A DNA stretch of 63,266 nt, counting the filler, from Octopus bimaculoides (Eukaryota): the NCBI RefSeq assembly GCF_001194135.2. It is 8 parts of 8 records of this genome, joined end to end, with 100 filler letters (N's around TTAATTAATTAA, not from the genome) between each part and the next. Parts side by side here need not be neighbours in the genome. Positions count along the whole stretch, not along the records: positions 11,801 to 32,182 come from NC_068994.1; 7 more parts are not named here. One strand, written 5' to 3'. Positions 13,325 to 25,925 of the stretch are shown one piece after another. The first letter of the stretch is position 1, and each line of letters begins with the position of its first letter. Made by a program: the position numbers and the translations under genes. The notes beneath the pieces are model-generated. The model was given only the letters and a program-made list of their open reading frames with translations, was not told where the DNA came from and did not search any database.

Positions 13325-13536
13325 GTATAGTAAATACAAAAAAGAAAACGAAGAACAAACACAAGGAAAAAACAACAACACGAGGACGTGGTACATGCAA
13401 AGTATTAACAGACGCTCAGGGAAGGAAAGAAAGGTGGCTTTATGTTTTGAGCAAAGCTCTTTGTCAGAAACAGGAGACAGAGAAAAGTCCAAGAAAAAAG
13501 GAAGATGGAGGACAAAAAAAATTGCCAACAACCCAC

Positions 13537-13575
<39 letters not shown>

Positions 13576-14356
13576 TGATCCACATACACACACACACACA
13601 CACTCATAGTATGCTGTTCCATAATGATAAGACAAAAAGTACTCCATCTGGTGTGAGATAAAGATCATTTAATAAACACAAATATGTTTTGTGTGTGCTA
13701 CTATTAGTTTCNNNNNNNNNNNNNNNNNNNNNNNNNNNNNNNNNNNNNNNNNNNNNNNNNNNNNNNNNNNNNNNNNNNNNNNNNNNNNNNNNNNNNNNNN
13801 NNNNNNNNNNNNNNNNNNNNNNNNNNNNNNNNNNNNNNNNNNNNNNNNNNNNNNNNNNNNNNNNNNNNNNNNNNNNNNNNNNNNNNNNNNNNNNNNNNNN
13901 NNNNNNNNNNNNNNNNNNNNNNNNNNNNNNNNNNNNNNNNNNNNNNNNNNNNNNNNNNNNNNNNNNNNNNNNNNNNNNNNNNNNNNNNNNNNNNNNNNNN
14001 NNNNNNNNNNNNNNNNNNNNNNNNNNNNNNNNNNNNNNNNNNNNNNNNNNNNNNNNNNNNNNNNNNNNNNNNNNNNNNNNNNNNNNNNNNNNNNNNNNNN
14101 NNNNNNNNNNNNNNNNNNNNNNNNNNNNNNNNNNNNNNNNNNNNNNNNNNNNNNNNNNNNNNNNNNNNNNNNNNNNNNNNNNNNNNNNNNNNNNNNNNNN
14201 NNNNNNNNNNNNNNNNNNNNNNNNNNNNNNNNNNNNNNNNNNNNNNNNNNNNNNNNNNNNNNNNNNNNNNNNNNNNNNNNNNNNNNNNNNNNNNNNNNNN
14301 NNNNNNNNNNNNNNNNNNNNNNNNNNNNNNNNNNNNNNNNNNNNNNNNNNNNNNNN

Positions 14357-14420
<64 letters not shown>

Positions 14421-14771
14421 AGTATAAAGTGTTGAGATTGTGTTTGTACATGTGAGTAGATATATCCTCATTCACTTTGTTTTTCCTTTTCTGGTTTCAT
14501 CTGTTGGACTACAGCCATTCTCAGATGCTGCTGACATCAAGGGCTTGTTAGTTTTTTTGTTTTTTTTTATCAGAAATCACCCGCCCACGAGTGTGCTTAT
14601 CATCTTCTAATTTTATCAATCTCATCTGTATTTATCAAACGGGTAAAATCCTCCCATGGGATATAATTCATTTGATTAAACATTAGGAGATTTTTGTTCA
14701 ACCTACTGATTTATTGAACATCTCCTTGTCGATACAAACACACACACATGCATGTATAAACACATATATAC

Positions 14772-14809
<38 letters not shown>

Positions 14810-14927
14810 ATATATACATTTTTTAACTATATATATACATATATACATACATGTGTATATATGTGCAAATTACATTTAGATATACATATATCAGAATGAA
14901 AAGTTAATAATGGATTAACATATATAT

Positions 14928-14972
<45 letters not shown>

Positions 14973-15214
14973 ATGTCTGTGTTTGTCCACACCTCCCACC
15001 ACCACCACCATGCTTTGCAGTCCATCATTATTGTCCTTTTACATTCTGAGTTCAAATCTCGTAGGGGTCAACTTCACCATTCAGTCTTTTCAGACCAGTA
15101 ACATAAAGTACTCAATTAAAGTACTGGAATTCACTGCATAGACTCTCTGCTCTCGCTTGCAATTCTCAGCCTTCTAACTAAATTAGCAACAAGTATTATT
15201 ATGTTGATGCCCTC

Positions 15215-15420
15215 ATCGACATCATCATCAAGATCCTTCAGATGATGCAGCCAGTTTTCGGGGTGCCATTATAGACACCTTCATAGTCACCCATCATCGC
15301 CACTGGTCTCTATGCTTTGTCATGCGTAGCAGGTTCGCTGTGTTGTGACCTGCCCAGTCCTTGATGCCGTCAGACCAGAATTTCTTGTCTGCCCCTCTAT
15401 CACCCCACTGTCAACTATGC
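15215..15420 (-). mobile_element. RTE-type LINE 3' end with (ATG)n tail
   Basis: Minus: RGADKKFWSDGIKDWAGHNTANLLRMTKHRDQWR, matching the RTE C-terminal pattern RGR..K.W.D.IK.W.....LLR....R..WR. Confidence 0.65.
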
Positions 15421-15594
15421 TCTGAAGACCAGTTTGGGGCTGGGAGCTGTAACAGGCTTTCATCTTTTTACCTGCTCAAGGATTGGGTCCATTCTGACAG
15501 CATATTTCAAAGGAGCATGAAATTCTTTCTGATGGAACTGAATCTCAAAGTAGATATATATATAAATCTATAAATCTATAAATCTATAAATAAT

Positions 15595-15805
15595 CCCTTT
15601 TTAGGACAAAAACAAGGCCCGAAATTTTGGGGAAGGGGGCAAGTCGATTACATCCACCCAAGTGTTCCAGCATTAATTTTTACCACTGACCCTGAAAGGA
15701 TGAAAAGTAAAGTTGACCTCAGTGAAATTTGAAAACAGAATATGAAGACAGATAAAATGCTATTAAGCTTATTGTCCAGCAAGCTTATAATACTGCCAAC
15801 TTGTT
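15595..15805 (-). mobile_element. SINE C, degenerate
   Basis: GACCCTGAAAGGATGAAAAGTAAAGTTGACCTC core. Confidence 0.7.
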
Positions 15806-16054
15806 GCCAATAAAACATGTAAATATTGGATTTGAAAACCATTTTGGATAGACAAATGTCAAAAGTCGCCCTGTCATGTCTATAAGAGATGTGGGTTTGT
15901 GTCCCTCAGAGAACCTTCAACTTTTTCTTTCTAAAATGGATTTTCATCCCCATATTTTCATACTATTATTTATAGATATTTATGTACTTTGAGATCCACT
16001 GTTCCAAAAACGAATTATCATCATTATTATGATTATAAAATGGATTGAAGGTGA

Positions 16055-16255
16055 CGAACTATGTAGGACAGAATGCTTAATAACATTCCTTTTGATTCTT
16101 TGTGCTCCGAGTTAAAACTCTGTCAAGGTGGACTTTGCCTTTCATCCTGTGTGGATTGATGAAATAAGTAATAGTTGAGCATTAGGGTTAATGTAGTTAG
16201 CTAAGCCCTCCCTTCAAAATTGCTGACTTTGAGCCAAAATTAGAAAGAGTTATTA
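16055..16255 (+). mobile_element. SINE C, degenerate
   Basis: GGACTTTGCCTTTCATCCTGTGTGGATTGATGAAATAAGTA core. Confidence 0.65.
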
Positions 16256-16424
16256 TGAGTGGAACAGTTTGTGAGGCTTGCTTTTTGTGCCTCTTTTGTT
16301 GAGTATGTAATTATTGATTATAACACATAAGGAGATAGATAGATAGATAGATACATACATACATAAGTTAGATAGATAGATAGATATAGAAAGAGAGAGA
16401 TATTAAAATGTTTGATGTCAAATA

Positions 16425-16965
16425 ACTGGCACTCTGTTGGTTTCGATGATGAGGGTTCCAGCTGATCCAGTCACCAGAGCAACCTGCTCATGAAATTTAC
16501 ATGCACGTGGCTGAGCACTCCACAAACCTCATGTACCCTTAACACTTTAGCATTCAGATTACTCTGTTGAATGTCATGCTTTTTCACCCGAATTGTTTAG
16601 AATTAATTCTGTATTATCTGATAGCATTGTGGTTTCAATGATGTGATTGTTTATTTTTAGAATGTCAATGTAGGTTAGGTGTGAGAGGCTAGATATGGCC
16701 AGTTTGAATGTAAATCATGTAGGATATTTGGGCCAGATATGGCTGGTTTAAACACTAAAGGGAGATTCAGCATGACACAGAAACAGAATATGACAAGGCT
16801 GGCTCTTTGAATTACAGGTACCACTCATTTTTGCCAGTTTAAATGACTGGAACAATGTGAAATAAAGTGTCTTGCTCAAGGACACAACGCGTTGCTGGGA
16901 ATTGAACTCACGACCTTATGATCATGAGTCAAATATGCTAACCACTAAGCCACATGCCCTCACTC
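16425..16965 (-). mobile_element. Composite SINE (family-E head, family-B tail) interrupted by a MITE
   Basis: 16820-16965 matches the E head (GAAATAAAGTGTCTTGCTCAAGGACACAACGC); 16425-16540 and 16765-16820 match the B tail. Confidence 0.75.
16539..16763. mobile_element. TTAA-inserted MITE (piggyBac-like ends)
   Basis: Starts TTAACACTTTAGCATTCAG at the SINE's CCCTTAAC and ends ..TAAACACTAAAGGG; a second copy lies at 21975-22185. Confidence 0.7.
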
Positions 16966-17083
16966 AGATGTCAAATAAATCAGAGCTGAATCAGGGAGGG
17001 ATGCCAAAATATGGAGCACCAAAATGGCTGTGCCAAAACATTTCATGCCCTTCTTTGGTGGCATGTGATGTAATGTTGGCAGG

Positions 17084-17964
17084 CAGAGCCAGATTAAGAC
17101 TCATAGAAGCCCTATGCACTTAGAAGATTTCGGTGCCCCCATATATATGGAACTCAAAATATAAACAATAATAAACAATAAAATAAATTTTTATTTTTCA
17201 AAATGAAGCAAAACAAACAAGATAGAAAATAATGTTTATTTTTGTAGACTTCCATCTTATTTATATTTGAAAAGTTTTCTTTCCTTTTTTTTTCATTTCC
17301 AAAGTCTTTGATCAGATCCTGAAAATTAATCTCACCTAACACATCTGCTTCTATACTTAGTAGAGTTAAGGCACCCTGAATATTACTTTACTCTTTTACT
17401 CTTTCACTTGTTTCAGTCGTTTTGACTGCAGCCATGCTGGAGCACCACCTTTAGTNNNNNNNNNNNNNNNNNNNNNNNNNNNNNNNNNNNNNNNNNNNNN
17501 NNCCTTTAGTCGAGCCCAGGACTTTGTAAGTCTAGTACTTCTTTCTAAGCCTAGTACTTATTCTATCGGTCTCTTTTGTCGAACCACTAAGTTACGGGGA
17601 CGTAAACACACCAGCATCGGTTGTCATGCGATGTTGGGGGGACAAACACAAACACACACACATATATACATATATATGACGGGCTTCTTTTAGTTTCCGT
17701 CTACCAAATCCACTCACAAGGCTTTGGTTGGCCAGAGGCTATAGTAGAAGACACTTTCCCAAGGTGCCACGCAGTGGGACTGAACCCAGAACCATGTGGT
17801 TGGTAAGCAAGCTACTTACCACACAGCCACTCCTGCACCTTTAGCAAGTTTAAAGAGATTTCTTTTGTACTGTAAACCATTTACTATTTCTGTGGTGCCC
17901 CCCCCCTCCTTCCCATGATACCCTAAGCAAGTGCTTATTTAGCTTAATGGCTAATCCAGCGCTG
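17084..17964 (-). mobile_element. Internally deleted hAT element (Tip100-like ends) with a nested SINE A
   Basis: Ends CAGAGCCAGATTA / TAATCCAGCGCTG; flanks TTGGCAGG and CCTGCAGG (5/8 match). Minus 17372-17260 encodes ALTLLSIEADVLGEINFQDLIKDFGNEKKRK, like the hAT dimerisation-domain C-terminus. Confidence 0.7.
17385..17840 (-). mobile_element. SINE A, near full length (contains a gap)
   Basis: Reverse complement of the 26416-26830 copy. Confidence 0.9.
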
Positions 17965-18299
17965 CCTGCAGGTTACAGACTACTTCCTTGTACTGCCGGC
18001 TGATGTTGCATTCCCTCATGTACATATCAGACAGTGGAGGGTATACAACATATCCAGACGGTCACACTACATTTTACTCGGTATGTCTCACCCCTGCATG
18101 TTAGAATGTGTCGTTGTGTCCCACAGCCAGGTTGTGGAGGATTGATATATTAAGAACAACCAAACAGGATCTGTGGACCGCACGTTGTCATTTGGCTGAC
18201 TTACCTGTGTGTACCACAAGTCTGCTCAGTTAGAGCTGATCCAGAACTATATGACAATAATATCAACATATATCGTCGTCGTCATCGTTGTTGTTGTTG

Positions 18300-18715
18300 T
18301 TGTTGTTTTAATAGCCACTTCTCCATGTCTACATGTAGGATGAAGTTTAATAATGCAGTTGATTTTCCATAGCCAAGATCTCTGGTTCCTGTCACCAATT
18401 CTCACCTGCTTCTAAGTAAGGTAATATTTCACCATGCCCAGGTATATAATTTTGAAGAATAGTGAAAACGAGTGACACCACTTGTATGACAGGGACATTC
18501 ATTTACAACTATCACACGATGTCAAGAGCAGGAGACACACATACACATTTATATGATGGGGTTCTTTCAGTTTTCATCTACCAAATTCAGTCACAAGGTT
18601 CTAGTCAGCCTCGAGGCTATAAAAGAAAACATTTGTCCAGAGTACCCCGCATTGAAACTGAACCCAAAACCATGAAGTCGCAAAGTGAGCTTCCTAACCA
18701 CACAGCCACGTCTTT
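18300..18715 (-). mobile_element. Old SINE: A-like 5' half joined to a D-like 3' half
   Basis: 18530-18715 matches the A head; 18300-18530 resembles 28610-28860. Confidence 0.55.
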
Positions 18716-19445
18716 GCCTTTGTATGCTTTCTCCAGTTATCTGTATAAATTTTCTATGAAACAGCTCTTTTCTATTCTTGTCTATGTGAACAGAACAACA
18801 ACACTTCTGCAGGTTGGATGGGATTAAATGAAGACACAAATAAAGCAGAATAAATAAACGAACAGGTTAAAAGAGAGTGATGCAGATGAAATAATGGAGT
18901 AAATAATGAACATAGAGATTCAATGAATTGCTGGAAGGAATGACAGAATTACAGAATTTAGGAATGATAAAAATGAATAAAAGAACCAATATTTTCGAGA
19001 ATGAAAGAATGAAAGAATGATAAATAAAAAAAAAACAAACTAAAATTTGTGAATAATGAAAATCAATAAACAACAAATGGAACAAAAATTTGGTGAAGAG
19101 AATGAATGCATGATAAGTATGGAATAGTTATATAGATTTATTAAATGTAGGAATAGCAGAATTTCATGAATGAATTAATGAATGAATGAATGAATGAGAA
19201 ATTTTATTGAATGTGAAAGTTAATGTAAATGAATGACTAAACAAATCCCAAAACCAGAAATTGTTTTGAGACAGGAATGAAATAACAAGCCTTATCATCA
19301 CCGTCATCATCATCATCATCACTATCATCATCATCATCATCATCATCACCATCACCATCACCACCACCGTCATCACCACCGTCACCACCAATGCCACCAT
19401 TGCTGCCGCCGCGGACATTATACGATAATGATGATGATGATGATA

Positions 19446-19669
19446 TATTCAAGGCGATACTGAAAAGTTCTTGGCTTTAAGAGTATCGCGAAAGGCCTGG
19501 TTGGAGGCCCAACCTTCTGAGTTCTTGTACAGGGCTTACAAAAAACTGAAGGTCTGCTGCAATAAGTGTGTGATTCTCAGAGAGGAATATGTTGAATAAA
19601 ATCATTATTAACTGGTCCTCCTGTATTTTCTTTCACCCAAAGCCAGGAACTTTTTAATATACCCTCATA
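19446..19669 (+). mobile_element. Mariner-derived MITE
   Basis: TIRs GATACTGAAAAGTTCTTGGCTTT / AAAGCCAGGAACTTTTTAATAT with TA flanks. Interior encodes KLKVCCNKCVILREEYVE*, the mariner C-terminus (RW.KCV...G.YVE). Confidence 0.75.
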
Positions 19670-19804
19670 TAAGTATGTACGTATGAAAGTATGTATGTTC
19701 TGGTTTGTAAGGCACAGTTTTTGCATTCAGAGAGCAGAAATTTTGCAGAGAGGTTCATGGGGTATAATTTTTTAAGTAGAAAACCATAGACTATCTTATA
19801 TCTC

Positions 19805-19935
19805 ATACATGTTTCAGTCATTGGACTGTGGCCATGCTGGGGCACTACTTTGAAGCACTTAGTGGAACAAACTGAGCCCAGGACTTATAATATTATGTCT
19901 GGTACTTATACTAGCGTTCTCTTTTACTGAACCAC
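19805..19935 (-). mobile_element. SINE A tail fragment
   Basis: GTTTCAGTCATTGGACTGTGGCCATGCTGGGGCAC. Confidence 0.7.
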
Positions 19936-20300
19936 TTGTTGTTGTTGGCACTCCGTCGCTTACGATGTCGAGGGTTCCAGTTGATCCGATCAATAGAACA
20001 GTCTGCTCGTGAAATTAACGTGCAAGTGGCTGAGCACTCCACAGACACATGTAACCTTAACACAGTTCTCGAGGATATTCAGCGTGACACTGTGTGACAA
20101 GGCTGACCCTTTGAATTACAGGAAGTAAGAGTGAGAGAAAGTTGTGGTGAAAGAGTACAGCAGGGTTCACTACCATCCCCTGCTGGAGCCTCGTGGAGCT
20201 TTAGGTGTTTTCATTCAATAAACACTCACAATGCCCGGTTTGGGAATCGAAACCGCAATCCTACGACCACGAGTCCGCTGTCCTAACAACTAGGCCATTG
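19936..20300 (-). mobile_element. SINE B
   Basis: Reverse complement of the B copies, with (CAA)n tail. Confidence 0.9.
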
Positions 20301-20777
20301 ACTGAATGAGAGAATAAAAGAAAAGAATGAAAATGACAAATGAAGGAAAAACAGTAATTGACTGAAGTAAGTGATAAAAAAAATCAATTAAACAATTGAG
20401 AGAATTATTAAATATTTGAACTCATAGAATTCCAAATACATGAATGAAATAGAAAATGAATGAAGGAATGTATTATTCAATAAATGAAAGAGTTACCAGA
20501 TAATTAATGAATGAATGGATGAAGAATTTGAAATAATAATAGACAAAGAACTCCATGAAAGGTGACAAAAAAATATCTGAATAAAAAAAGTAATTGATTG
20601 TAAATAATAAACGTAAGAATGGAATGAGGAAAGAAATGAAGTAACAAAAAGTCTTTATATAATGATGCTAAAGCAAGTATAACTATGTAGATAACCAAAA
20701 TTTTATACATTTAAAAAAAATTTTTTTTTTTTATTAATTTAAAGGAATAACAAAAAGTATTGAAAAAGTTCTGAATA

Positions 20778-20883
20778 TAGGCACAGGAGTGGCTGTGTGG
20801 TAAGTAGCTTGCTTACCAACCACATGGTTCTGGATTCAGTCCCACTGCGCGGCACCTTGGGCAAGTGTCTTCTNNNNNNNNNN

Positions 20884-20915
<32 letters not shown>

Positions 20916-21140
20916 TGTGTATATGTTTGTGTGTCTGTGTTTGTCCCCACAACTTCGCTTGACAACCGATGCTGGTGTGTTTACGTCCCCGTAACTTAGC
21001 GGTTCGGCAAAAAGAGACCGATGGAATAAGTACTAGGCTTACAAAAGAATAAGTCCTGGGGTCGATTTTCTCGACTAAAGGCGGTGCTCCAGCATGGCCG
21101 CAATCAAATGACTGAAACAAGTAAAAGAGTAAAAGAGTAA
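20778..21140 (+). mobile_element. SINE A
   Basis: Head, internal (TA)n/(TG)n, and (TAAAAGAG) tail. Confidence 0.9.
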
Positions 21141-21185
21141 TGAAAGTGGACAAACTTAGCATAAAATATTGAAAATATTGGGAAG

Positions 21186-21450
21186 TCACAACTTTGGTTC
21201 TACAGACATGTGATGAGAATACTGCAGGAAATAATTACAAGCTGAGCCAGAAAATAGGAGACCTAGGGGTAGACCAAGAATTAGATGGTTGGACAATATC
21301 CATAGTCTCAACTGGTCATGCTTGGGAAATCTAATCAGAAAATGTAATGATGTTAGCTTCTGGTAGGACCATACAGATGAGGTGCCTGAGGATGCTACCC
21401 CCACAATCTGCCAAGGGATAGTGGGAAGAGAAGATGGATGGATGGATGGA
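21186..21450 (+). mobile_element. RTE (Expander/Rex3-like) LINE 3' end
   Basis: RRPRGRPRIRWLDNI motif, then ..GGGAAGAGAAGATGGATGGATGG tail; related copy at 44085-44355. Confidence 0.7.
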
Positions 21451-21530
21451 TAGAAAATTAAAGGAATTACAAAATGTTGGTCTTAGTCTTTTATGATCAT
21501 TCTATTTATGGTACTTTATACCCAGGGTGT

Positions 21531-21921
21531 GGAGGCGCAATGGCCCAGTGGTTAGAGCAGCAGACTCGCTGTCAAAGGATCGCAGTTTCGATTCCCAGAC
21601 CGGGCGTTGTGAGTGTTTATTGAGCAAAAACACCTAAAAGCTCCACGAGGCTCCGGCAGGGGATGCTGGTGAACCCTGCTGTACACTTTCACCACAACTT
21701 TCTCTCATTCTTTCTTCCTGTTTCTGTTGTGCCTGTAATTCAAAGGGGCCAGCCTTGTCACACTGTGTCACGCTGAATCTCCCCGAGAACTACGTTAAGG
21801 GTACACGTGTCTGTGGAGTGCTCAGCCACTTGCACGTTAATTTCACGAGCAGGCTGTTCCATTGATCGGATCAACTGGAACCCTCGACGTCGTAAACGAC
21901 AGAGTGCTAACAACAACAACA
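21531..21921 (+). mobile_element. SINE B, full length with perfect TSD
   Basis: 11-bp TSD ATACCCAGGGT at 21518-21528 and 21922-21932; Pol III A/B-like boxes. Confidence 0.95.
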
Positions 21922-21974
21922 ATACCCAGGGTACTTTATAGAAATATATTTGATTGGTAGTTTGATTTCTTCAC

Positions 21975-22185
21975 TCTTTAACATTCAGATTCATCTGTTA
22001 AATTTAATGCTTCTTTATTCAAATTGTTTTGAATTAATCCTGCATTATCTTGCAGCTTCAAGATTTCAATGTGATTGTTTATTTTTAGAAGGACATTGTA
22101 GGGTAGGTGTGAGAAGCCAGATTTAGCCAGTTTGAATATACAATAGATGTTAATACTTGGGCCTATTATGGCCTATTTAAAGGCT
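21975..22185. mobile_element. Second copy of the TTAA-type MITE
   Basis: Aligns by eye with 16545-16755 (TGATTGTTTATTTTTAGAA..TGTAGG.TAGGTGTGAGA). Confidence 0.65.
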
Positions 22186-22299
22186 ACCTTGGCAGGATGA
22201 AAGGCAAAGCCGACTTGAGAAGGATTTGAACACAGAACCCATGCCAGCATGGAAAACGAGCGTTGAATGACGATGACGATGATGATGATGATGATGTCA

Positions 22300-23094
22300 C
22301 AGGTGCAGGAGTGGCTGTGTGGTAAGTAGCTTTCTTACCAACCACATGGTTCTGGGTTCAGTCCCACTGTGTGGCACCTTGGGCAAGTGTCTTCTACTAT
22401 AGCCTCAGGCCAACCAAAGCCTTGTGAGTAGATTTGGTAGATGGAAACTGAAAGAAGCCCATTGTATACATATATATATATATATATATANNNNNNNNNN
22501 NNNNNNNNNNNNNNNNNNNNNNNNNNNNNNNNNNNNNNNNNNNNNNNNNNNNNNNNNNNNNNNNNNNNNNNNNNNNNNNNNNNNNNNNNNNNNNNNNNNN
22601 NNNNNNNNNNNNNNNNNNNNNNNNNNNNNNNNNNNNNNNNNNNNNNNNNNNNNNNNNNNNNNNNNNNNNNNNNNNNNNNNNNNNNNNNNNNNNNNNNNNN
22701 NNNNNNNNNNNNNNNNNNNNNNNNNNNNNNNNNNNNNNNNNNNNNNNNNNNNNNNNNNNNNNNNNNNNNNNNNNNNNNNNNNNNNNNNNNNNNNNNNNNN
22801 NNNNNNNNNNNNNNNNNNNNNNNNNNNNNNNNNNNNNNNNNNNNNNNNNNNNNNNNNNNNNNNNNNNNNNNNNNNNNNNNNNNNNNNNNNNNNNNNNNNN
22901 NNNNNNNNNNNNNNNNNNNNNNNNNNNNNNNNNNNNNNNNNNNNNNNNNNNNNTTAGCGGTTTGGCAAAAAGGGACCGATAGAATAAGTACTGGGCTTAC
23001 AAAGAATAAGTCCTGGGGTCGATTTGCTTGACTAAAGGCAGTGCTCCAGCATGGCCACAGTCAAATGACTGAAACAAGTAAAAGAGTAAAAGAG
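22300..23094 (+). mobile_element. SINE A, split by a gap at its internal (TA)n
   Basis: Head at 22300-22470, tail at 22954-23094. Confidence 0.85.
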
Positions 23095-23569
23095 TTTTGG
23101 TACTTCAGACATGTGATTAGAATGTTGGAGGACAGAATTGCAAGACCTGTCACTTCGTCCTTCTCTTATTCCCTTCATTCCAGTTTTGCTATTTTACCAA
23201 TACCCATGCATACACACACACGTGCGCGCGCGCGCGTGTTGTTTATGTCCTACTTGATCAATGTATCCAACAGCCTGGAAGTTCGGCATGCAAAAAAATG
23301 CTGCACCTCACATGAAAACAAGAGTAGGCATCAGTAAGGGCATCGAGCCATAGAATTTTACCTCAAGAAACCTCATCCAACTCATACTGCTATGGACTTT
23401 AAAAAGAATGATGATGATGATGACGATGACGACGGCGACGATGATGATGTACTGAATGAGGGAATTAGTTTTAAAAGAAATAAGTACAAATGGAAAAAGA
23501 AAAGAAAAAATGAATGTGTGAACTAAGAAGATATACGAGCAAACATGAAGGAGAGCAAACGAATAGCTG

Positions 23570-23860
23570 CAGGTATGGCTGTGGGGTTAAGNNNNNNNNN
23601 NTATATATATATGTATGTGTGTGTATATATGTATATATATACGTGTGTGCATATATATGTATATATGTATGTATATCTATGTGTATGTGTCTCTGCGGTA
23701 AGTAGCTTGCTTACAAACCACATGGCTCTGGGTTCAGTCCCACTGCGTGGAAACTTGGGCAAGTGTCTTCTACTATAGCTTTGGGCCGACCAAAGCCTTG
23801 TGAATGGATCTGGTAGACGGAAACTGAAAGAAGCCTGTCGTATATATGTATGTATATATA
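23570..23860 (+). mobile_element. SINE A, 5' half
   Basis: Head motif, ending in (TA)n. Confidence 0.8.
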
Positions 23861-23879
23861 TATATATATATATATAAAT

Positions 23880-25500
23880 TTATTAATAAGGGTAGAAATT
23901 GATATTAGCATAAAATGATTGACAGAATATATAACTGGAGAAATGAAGGGGAAAAAACTCCAAATTAGAGGAAAAACCCAAAAAGAAAGAAAATTGAATG
24001 AAAAATAACAATAGATGGACAAATATATAGGTGAAAGAAAGATTGATAATAATGAATGGATAAAATGATAAATAGATAAAAGAATTAGATAATGAATAGA
24101 TGAATGAAATGATGTAATCACAAGATGAATGAATGTAAACATGAAAAAATTGAAAGAAATTATCAATTGATAAGTGAATGAATGATAATAATCAATAGAT
24201 GAATGAATGAAATAATCGACTGGTGAATGAAATAATCAACTGATGAATGAAGGAAACAATAATGAGATAAATGAACAGAATGAAATAATCGATAAATGAA
24301 TGAATGACAATATTCAATAGAGGAATGAGTGAAATAATCAATAAATTCTTTTATTCTTTTATTTGTTTCAGCCATGTGGCCGTGGTCATGCTGGAGCAGC
24401 ATGAATAAATAATTAATAGATAAAAGAATGAACGATAATTATCAATTAATAAATGACTGAATTACTCAGTATATAAATGAAAATGTGACAATGAAATAAT
24501 CAATAAATTAATGAATTAATTAATTAACAACTAGATGAATGAATGAAATAATTATTAGATGAATGGATGAATGAAACATTCAGTAGATGAATGAATTTGT
24601 TAGTCAATAGATAAATGAATGAATGAATGAATGAAATGATCAACTGATTAGTGAATGAGTGAAGTAATTTCATAAATGTGAAAGAGAGAACAGAAATGAA
24701 TGAAAAACAATGAATAAATGAATAAAAATAAAAACAGTGTGAATAAGTAATGAGAAGGTCACAAGATAATTGAAAGAAGGAAGGAATTAGTCAATAAATG
24801 AATGAGCTGAATTCGTGAATGGATCAATGAAAATGAGTAACTGAATGAATAAGAAATAAATTGAATAAGTGATAAGACAGCTACATGAAAAAATGGCTAA
24901 TTGAAGAAATGTATGAGAATGAAATGAAAGTATAAAGAATGAAATGGAGAACTAAATAAATGAAAGAAGGAAACATTTAAAAATGAATGAACTAAACTCA
25001 TGAACAAAAGATAAATAATTGTAAGAATGAATGATAAACTGGAAGAATAAATGAATGAACCAATGAAAGAAAGGAATAATGTGGATTAAGAAATAAAAAA
25101 ATAAAATGAAGGAGCAGCAATATGAATGAAGTGAATGAATGAAACATCAAAGGGAATGAAAGGAAATAATTACATGAAGTAATAAATGAAAATAATGAAA
25201 GAAGGAAAAATTAAGTAAATGAATGAGTGAATGAAAAAACTTACAAAAAAAGATAAATGATTGAGTGTAAGAATGAATAAGGTTCTGAATGATTTTCTGG
25301 GGGAATAAATGAATGAATTACTGAATGAAAAGAATAAAATGAATGAAGAAGAAAAAAAAACAAATGAAAGAGCAGTAAAATGAATGAATGAATGAATGAG
25401 TGAATGAAAGATCAAAGGAAAGAGAAGGAAATAATTAAATGCAGTAACGAATGAAAGACTGGAATATACTCACAAACGAATGAGCGAACGATCTCTAATT
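23880..25500 (+). repeat. Degenerate (GAAT/ATGA)n purine-rich tract
   Basis: Recurrent AATGAATGAA motifs over ~1.6 kb; similar tracts at 18840-19200 and 20300-20700. Confidence 0.85.
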
Positions 25501-25559
25501 TATGACTAATTAAACAACGATAATGATGACTGAGTTTGAGAGAAAAACAGAAGGACTGA

Positions 25560-25813
25560 AAGAGTGAGAGAGAGAAAAGAGGAGGAGAGAGAGAGAGAGA
25601 AAAGAGGAGGAGAGAGAGAGAAAAGAGGAGGAGAGAGAGAGAGAAAAGAGGAGGAGAGAGAGAGAGAAAAGAGGAGGAGAGAGAGAGAGTAAGAGATATA
25701 TACTGAAATGCATGTAAACAGAGAGAAATTGAGGGTTAGAAAGGAAAAAAAAGAATAAGGGATAATCAGAGGAAACAGAAGACAGCTACAGAGAGAGAGA
25801 GAGAGACAGAGAC

Positions 25814-25897
<84 letters not shown>

Positions 25898-25925
25898 TGA
25901 GAGACAGAGAGTGAGAGAGAGAGAG
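25560..25925. repeat. (GA)n microsatellite and GAGAAAAGAGGAGGA(GA)n minisatellite
   Basis: Read directly. Confidence 0.95.

Noticed and set aside
21531-21605. tRNA-like sequences with A/B boxes (heads of families A, B, C, E)
   Set aside because: No complete cloverleaf seen; each continues into a multicopy SINE body, so they are not tRNA genes.
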